From: Catenovulum adriaticum
Lineage (GTDB): Bacteria > Pseudomonadota > Gammaproteobacteria > Enterobacterales > Alteromonadaceae
Length of the DNA: 32,000 nt
Direction: 5' to 3'
Assembly: GCF_026725475.1 (NCBI RefSeq)
Contig: NZ_CP109965.1
Location: forward strand, 1,333,385 to 1,365,384
Position numbers and translations under genes: made by a program. This document shows, in pieces, positions 27,393 to 32,000 of the stretch. Position 1 is the first letter of the stretch. Each line of letters opens with the position of its first letter. Below the pieces are notes generated by a model. It was not told the DNA's origin. It did no database searches and worked only from the letters and a program-made list of their open reading frames with translations.

Positions 27393-27457
27393 GCCTTGGC
27401 TAAGACATTTTCCAGCTTAAATTATAAACAAAGGTAAACTCGGTTTAGGTAAGCATT

Positions 27458-27883
27458 ATGGACAATCACTATATTATTATTTTTGATGGCGTTTGCAATT
27501 TTTGTCATGGCGCTGTTAATTTTATCATTAAGCGCGATTATGCTAATCAATTTGTATTTGCGCCTATGCAAAGCCCTGCGGCACAAAGATTAATGGCAGA
27601 GTATAAATTAGCAGACGCTGGATGTGATTCTTTCATATTGATAAAAAAAGGTCATTGTTATTTAAGAACGCATGCAGCAATTGAAGTCACTAAAGATTTA
27701 TCTGGTGCTTGGTATTTATTGTCGGTGTTTAAGGTAGTACCCGCGGTGATTCGTGATTATTTTTATCGTTTGTTAGCGTCAAATCGATATAAATGGTTTG
27801 GTAAAAAAGATCGCTGCTTAATGCCTGATGAGAAACTTGATAGTAAGTTTTTGTGGTCAGAAGCATCTCTGTATAAATTATAA
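27458..27883 (+). CDS. Thiol-disulfide oxidoreductase DCC family protein (DUF393)
   Basis: 141 aa. The N-terminal IIFDGVCNFCHGAVNFIIKRD carries the CxxC motif characteristic of DCC/YuxK-like proteins. Confidence 0.8.
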   Translation: MDNHYIIIFDGVCNFCHGAVNFIIKRDYANQFVFAPMQSPAAQRLMAEYKLADAGCDSFILIKKGHCYLRTHAAIEVTKDLSGAWYLLSVFKVVPAVIRDYFYRLLASNRYKWFGKKDRCLMPDEKLDSKFLWSEASLYKL

Positions 27884-27979
27884 ATGAGTTGATCTTATTC
27901 ACTGAATTTTATTAAAAATTAGAAGCTTTATTAATCGTTCTTTATCACTCGCTTTTTTTGGGGCGGGCAGAGTTTGTAA

Positions 27980-28008
27980 AAGCAGCGCATTGTTCTCATG
28001 CGCTGCTT
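27980..28008 (-). terminator. Intrinsic terminator of the glycoside hydrolase gene
   Basis: On the minus strand, AAGCAGCGCAT-gagaaca-ATGCGCTGCTT is followed by TTTAC (the T-run is partly within the stem). Confidence 0.7.
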
Positions 28009-28048
28009 AGGTTGTGGCTTAAGCTTATAAGCTATTCCAAAGCCAACT

Positions 28049-30451
28049 TTAATGACGGCTTAATTCAACTGAAGTTGAAAATACTTGAAGTACAGCTGAA
28101 CTCACAAAACCGCCAGTGTCTGAAAATTCAACCGTAACCGTGTTACTTGCTTGAAGTTGATCATAAGGAACCGGAATTTCAATCACGCCAAAAAAGTTAG
28201 GTCGGCCAGTTGCTGTTTTGCCTTGTTTTTGATCGTAGCCTTTTACATCAGAAGGCACTGATACTAAATTGCCATTAACAGCGACAACTGGAGAAAGCGA
28301 CTTATCATGGTCTCGCCCTAATCCTAAGCGTAAAACCGCTTCCCCTTGAGCATTGACACTTACATCGTCAAATGTAAAGTTAATGGCTTGGTTAGCATTT
28401 ATTGCTTGTTGGTAGGTAGTTGCGTAGTAGCGTTTTTCAGTATTAGATTCGGTTACCTCAATATTGTTTGCATACTCTAAACGGATAATGGTTGTGGCTT
28501 CTGCAGGTAATGTTAGCGCTTCTGGCAGCTCCGTTAAGGTTTCTTCAATGAATTGAGATTCATTATTAGCTGTATAGCTTAACTCTTTATAACTAATTGA
28601 ATCTAAAGTGTTACCGTCGACACCAAGGGCGTTTAAGTTAATTTTTACATCTTCAAACTCTAGGTTGGTTAATACAATGTAAGCCTGGTTGCCATCAACA
28701 TAGCTATCCGTTAATACATCTATTTCGTCAGAATAGCTATCTACTCGAGTACCTGTTACTTGTGACCATAATTTGTAGAAGTTGACATGATCTGAATAAA
28801 CCCAAGTGTCATCATTCGAACCATCACGTTCTTTTTTCTGAACCATCAAACGACTAGAGTAAGCGATGCTTTTTCCGTTTACTTCACGGCGTCCCCATTC
28901 TGCTTTTACAGGTATAAAAGGAATAACTTTTAAAATATTATTAGGTCGCTCTAAAAATTGAGTATTCATGGTCGTAATTGATAATACCTTTTCAGCATCA
29001 CGTTGAGGTGTCCAGTCTTCATTTACTCTAGCATGTACCGATGAGCCCACTTCTGAAATTAAAATGGGTTTAACCTGACCAAATTTTAAATAAGTATAGT
29101 GCTCAAGCATATCAAGTGTCGCTTCTAAGTTACTGCCTCGGCGGTATCGCTCTGAGTTTTGAAACGTAGGAAAGTCATATAAATGGATTGATATAAAATC
29201 CATGTTTTCACCGGCTGTATCAATAAAGAGTTTGTCTCTTTCTTCCCAACGTTGAAAATTATTTTTATCAAAATCAGGGAAGGCAATGGTATAACCTCCA
29301 ATCATAATATCGTCATTTTTACTTTCTTTTCTAATTTCTGCCGCCACTGTATTATGAAACTCAAAGACTTTTAGGGGTTCAACATAATTAGCTTGGCCTT
29401 CACGATCTGTCGTTAAATCATATAAAGGCTCGTTCATTACTTCAAAGTAAGTGGGTTTGGTTTGGCCCATATCAGTTTCACTTTGAGCAAAAAAGTTTGC
29501 TAAAAATTGCGACATATAATGGCCCGTTGCTGTTCCGAAGGGTTCTTGCGCAGTATCTGTTTGCGAAAATGCCCAGTCGGGATCGCCATTTACAGGCTTT
29601 ATTAACGTACCTTCTGGCCAATATGGATGTTGCTGACCACCAGCAATCATATCTTGCATTCGATCTTCTACTAAACGGGCATTTACGTTTTTATAACTTG
29701 TGCCATTATCGTAAATCCACTTAACATCACCGCCACGTTGACTGGCAGATGTTTCATCTACAAAACCCGGTTTAGTCGCATCTTGTGAGACATTACGTAA
29801 GTTCCAGCCTATTGAACCAGTATCTCGGCCAAAATAAACGTCATAGCCGCGCATAAAATCTAGCATTAAATCTTCACCTAATTCGTTAGGTGCATCTAAG
29901 CTATGTACATCGTTTTGACCCCAACCATTCTCTAAATTATTTGCATGTATCGTAATATACTTTTGTCGGTCTAAGGTTTCTATTCCGCCAACACTATGCT
30001 TCATGTTTAAATTGACATCCACTTGAACAACACCATCGTCAATAATTTGCTCGGCTAAGGTCGTTACCGTGAAAGTTTGGGTTACCCCACCTATGCTTAA
30101 TGTCGCTGAATTTTCGGTTAAAAAAGTACTGGATGATTGTAATCTAACGACGACCGAATCTTGGTTGTTTACTTGCCCCTCAGATTGAGTGAATTCGCCC
30201 CCATTAACTGCATATTCACCACCTTCAATTGAAATAGGGGTTGCTGTATTAATACCGCTTACCGTCACCGTATTTGAGTTAATCTGGGTATTTAAAGTGG
30301 CGTCGTCAATTGCGGTTAGGGTAAAGTTATTAGGTGTTGTATCTTTAGCGGTTTCTTCTGGGGTATTGGCGTCATCTGATCCTCCAGATCCGCCACAGGC
30401 TGTTAAATTGAGCGCTGAAGCAATACAAATTGCGGCTAAGCTGAATTTCAT
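28049..30451 (-). CDS. Clan GH-A glycoside hydrolase lipoprotein, GH86-like (candidate beta-agarase/porphyranase)
   Basis: The likely start is ATG 30451, giving MKFSLAAICIASALNLTAC (lipobox LTAC) and a GGSGGSDD linker. An Ig-like N-terminal domain follows. The TIM barrel has the acid/base motif YFEVMNEP and the nucleophile motif ILISEVGS, 126 aa apart. About 270 aa of C-terminal beta-sandwich-like sequence follows. The GH86 assignment relies on remembered architecture and catalytic-Glu spacing and is not verified. Confidence 0.55.
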   Translation of the reverse strand: MKFSLAAICIASALNLTACGGSGGSDDANTPEETAKDTTPNNFTLTAIDDATLNTQINSNTVTVSGINTATPISIEGGEYAVNGGEFTQSEGQVNNQDSVVVRLQSSSTFLTENSATLSIGGVTQTFTVTTLAEQIIDDGVVQVDVNLNMKHSVGGIETLDRQKYITIHANNLENGWGQNDVHSLDAPNELGEDLMLDFMRGYDVYFGRDTGSIGWNLRNVSQDATKPGFVDETSASQRGGDVKWIYDNGTSYKNVNARLVEDRMQDMIAGGQQHPYWPEGTLIKPVNGDPDWAFSQTDTAQEPFGTATGHYMSQFLANFFAQSETDMGQTKPTYFEVMNEPLYDLTTDREGQANYVEPLKVFEFHNTVAAEIRKESKNDDIMIGGYTIAFPDFDKNNFQRWEERDKLFIDTAGENMDFISIHLYDFPTFQNSERYRRGSNLEATLDMLEHYTYLKFGQVKPILISEVGSSVHARVNEDWTPQRDAEKVLSITTMNTQFLERPNNILKVIPFIPVKAEWGRREVNGKSIAYSSRLMVQKKERDGSNDDTWVYSDHVNFYKLWSQVTGTRVDSYSDEIDVLTDSYVDGNQAYIVLTNLEFEDVKINLNALGVDGNTLDSISYKELSYTANNESQFIEETLTELPEALTLPAEATTIIRLEYANNIEVTESNTEKRYYATTYQQAINANQAINFTFDDVSVNAQGEAVLRLGLGRDHDKSLSPVVAVNGNLVSVPSDVKGYDQKQGKTATGRPNFFGVIEIPVPYDQLQASNTVTVEFSDTGGFVSSAVLQVFSTSVELSRH

Positions 30452-30871
30452 CTTACGATCGATTAATGTCATGTTAACACCTTGCATAGGATTGATTATA
30501 AAATTTTAATTTGGTTAATTTTATACATAATTTTGTATATTGTATACAATAATTGTGTTTTTAATGTTTTATTAATGCATGTTAGATGTTGTTTGTTTTG
30601 TTGAAATGTAAAAATAGAAACTAGCTTTATACGCGCTCTGTTATCATTAGATGAAAACAGATAAAAGGCAGGAATATAGCTAAATAATGGTTAGTCATTG
30701 TTTAGCTAAAAATATAAGCATTTAATTTTTAGGGATATATTTTGATATAGTCTTAAATAAAATACTTTGTATTAGGCATGTTTTTATTTATAAAGTTATA
30801 AGATAATTAGGTATTAAATAAGTATTTTTACTACAATTGTTAGTAAGTATAAACAGGAATCATGGTTACTG

Positions 30872-32000
30872 ATGACCAAACTGACGTTACAGCAAACGCT
30901 TAAATTATTTTTAGTCTCTATTGTTTTGATTGGTATTACTTGTCTTTACATTGTTAATTCAACGCTTCATAAAGCTCAGGAGAATGAAGAGTGGGTGACT
31001 CATACCTATCAAGTTATTATTGTATTAGAGTCTGTTAGAAATCATATCCAAATAGCAGAGTCAAACCAACGTGGTTTTTTATTGACGTTAAATGAGGCTT
31101 ATCTTGATTCTTTCACTGAGTCTATCGATTTAGCTCTTGATGAATTAGTTAAATTAAAGCAGCTAACCACAGATAGTTTAGAGCAACAACAAAAACTTAA
31201 ATCGCTAACCAAACTCACTCAAGCTAAATTTTCAGAGCTCAAAAAAACCGTGCAATTAGCGAAATCAAGTCAATTATCCGAATCATTAAATATATTAAAA
31301 AATAATTCGGGTAAAAAGTTAATGGACCAGATTAACACGATAATTACCCAGCTTAATGATCACGAAAAATACTTACTCAAAATACGTAAAAATGCTTTTA
31401 ACGATGCTAAAAACATGAGTAAATTCCTATTTATTGGATGCATTATTTTAATTTTATTTTTGGTTTTTAGCGCTACGATTTATATAAAAAGAAGTGCCAT
31501 TGACCCACTTGCAAAATTAACACAGCAACTAACAAACACAACAGACGATAATATGCCATCTATTAGCTCAAAGCACGCTAGTGTAGAAGTAAAACTACTG
31601 AGCAATACGCTAAAAAGGTTGATGCAGGATGTTAATTATAACATGAATGCACTTAAACTAGCTCAAAGAACAGCAGAAGAAAGTAGCCAAATCAAAACTC
31701 AGTTTTTGTCTAACATGAGCCATGAAATTCGTACGCCATTAAACGGTATTATTGGTACCTTACAAATTTTAGCCCAGAGCAAAAACGAGATAAAAATTCA
31801 AAATTTAATTGATAAATCGCTTCTTTCAAGTAAGAGTTTATTAACCATTATTAATGATATTTTAGATTTCTCTAAAATGGATGCTGGTATGCTAAATCTT
31901 GAAAAAACGGTATTTGCGTTCAAAGAAATTGCAGAATTAGTTATTTCAGATTTAACGGCCATAGCTAGAGAAAAAGGCATAGCGTTAGAATTGCATTATG
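30872..32000 (+). CDS. CHASE3-domain sensor histidine kinase (partial; continues past the window end)
   Basis: An open frame from ATG 30872 is absent from the ORF track because it has no stop within the window. It has TM1 (LFLVSIVLIGITCLYIV), a periplasmic CHASE3-like segment (WVTHTYQVIIVLESV...ESNQRGFLLT...YL), TM2 (FLFIGCIILILFLVFSATIYI), and the H-box FLSNMSHEIRTPLNGIIG. Confidence 0.8.
   Translation, partial: MTKLTLQQTLKLFLVSIVLIGITCLYIVNSTLHKAQENEEWVTHTYQVIIVLESVRNHIQIAESNQRGFLLTLNEAYLDSFTESIDLALDELVKLKQLTTDSLEQQQKLKSLTKLTQAKFSELKKTVQLAKSSQLSESLNILKNNSGKKLMDQINTIITQLNDHEKYLLKIRKNAFNDAKNMSKFLFIGCIILILFLVFSATIYIKRSAIDPLAKLTQQLTNTTDDNMPSISSKHASVEVKLLSNTLKRLMQDVNYNMNALKLAQRTAEESSQIKTQFLSNMSHEIRTPLNGIIGTLQILAQSKNEIKIQNLIDKSLLSSKSLLTIINDILDFSKMDAGMLNLEKTVFAFKEIAELVISDLTAIAREKGIALELHY

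Noticed and set aside
269-31980. About 21 short ORFs (60-106 aa) in the six-frame track. They lie antisense to, or out of frame within, larger genes. Examples are 269-487, 3605-3787, 4343-4570, 4476-4661, 6706-6933, 11182-11388, 11291-11503, 11549-11812, 14793-14975, 16503-16700, 17768-18007, 18564-18812, 20667-20939, 21621-21884, 22725-22913, 23980-24189, 24414-24623, 24624-24851, 29497-29724, 30189-30509 and 31798-31980.
   Set aside because: Each is fully embedded in a longer ORF that has strong family-level similarity. Their translations are low-complexity or have odd composition with no recognisable motifs. They are typical shadow ORFs in AT-rich DNA.
1-32000. tRNA or rRNA genes, transposases, integrases or prophage genes
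   Set aside because: I inspected every intergenic gap longer than about 70 nt. None shows tRNA-like acceptor or T-arm (GGTTCGAATCC-type) sequence or rRNA similarity. No ORF resembles a transposase or integrase.

Overview
AT-rich chromosomal segment of a marine-type gammaproteobacterium. The Alteromonadales-like assignment is an inference from gene order and protein similarity, not verified. Most of the window is conserved housekeeping sequence. It holds the smc 3' end, zipA, a SirB1/YchA-like gene, metA and metH with MetJ/MetR operators, rluF, and a porin next to an orphan PstS with a Pho box. It also holds glyA followed by the block nrdR-ribD-ribE-ribBA-ribH-nusB-thiL-pgpA. Three parts are not ordinary. 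(1) 2290-8934, minus strand: a compact six-gene operon. It encodes a DHQS-like sugar-phosphate cyclase, a UbiA prenyltransferase, a protein of unknown family, a TatD-like hydrolase, a xylose-isomerase-like TIM barrel and an alkaline-phosphatase-family enzyme. This domain set matches the ebo/EDB cluster, whose chemical product is still unknown. Here it stands alone among housekeeping genes in the order D-C-A-B-E-F. (2) 25766-27457: an accessory-looking noncoding zone around an SOS-regulated sulA. It contains about 3.2 tandem structured repeats of 155-188 bp that run into the sulA 3' end. It also contains two LexA boxes, a 245-bp MITE-like element bounded by imperfect inverted repeats (related copies at 16273 and 27436), and a long hairpin. 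(3) 28049-32000: a clan GH-A (GH86-like, agarase/porphyranase-type) lipoprotein, divergent from a CHASE3 sensor histidine kinase that runs off the window. I found no rRNA, tRNA, CRISPR array, transposase or integrase.
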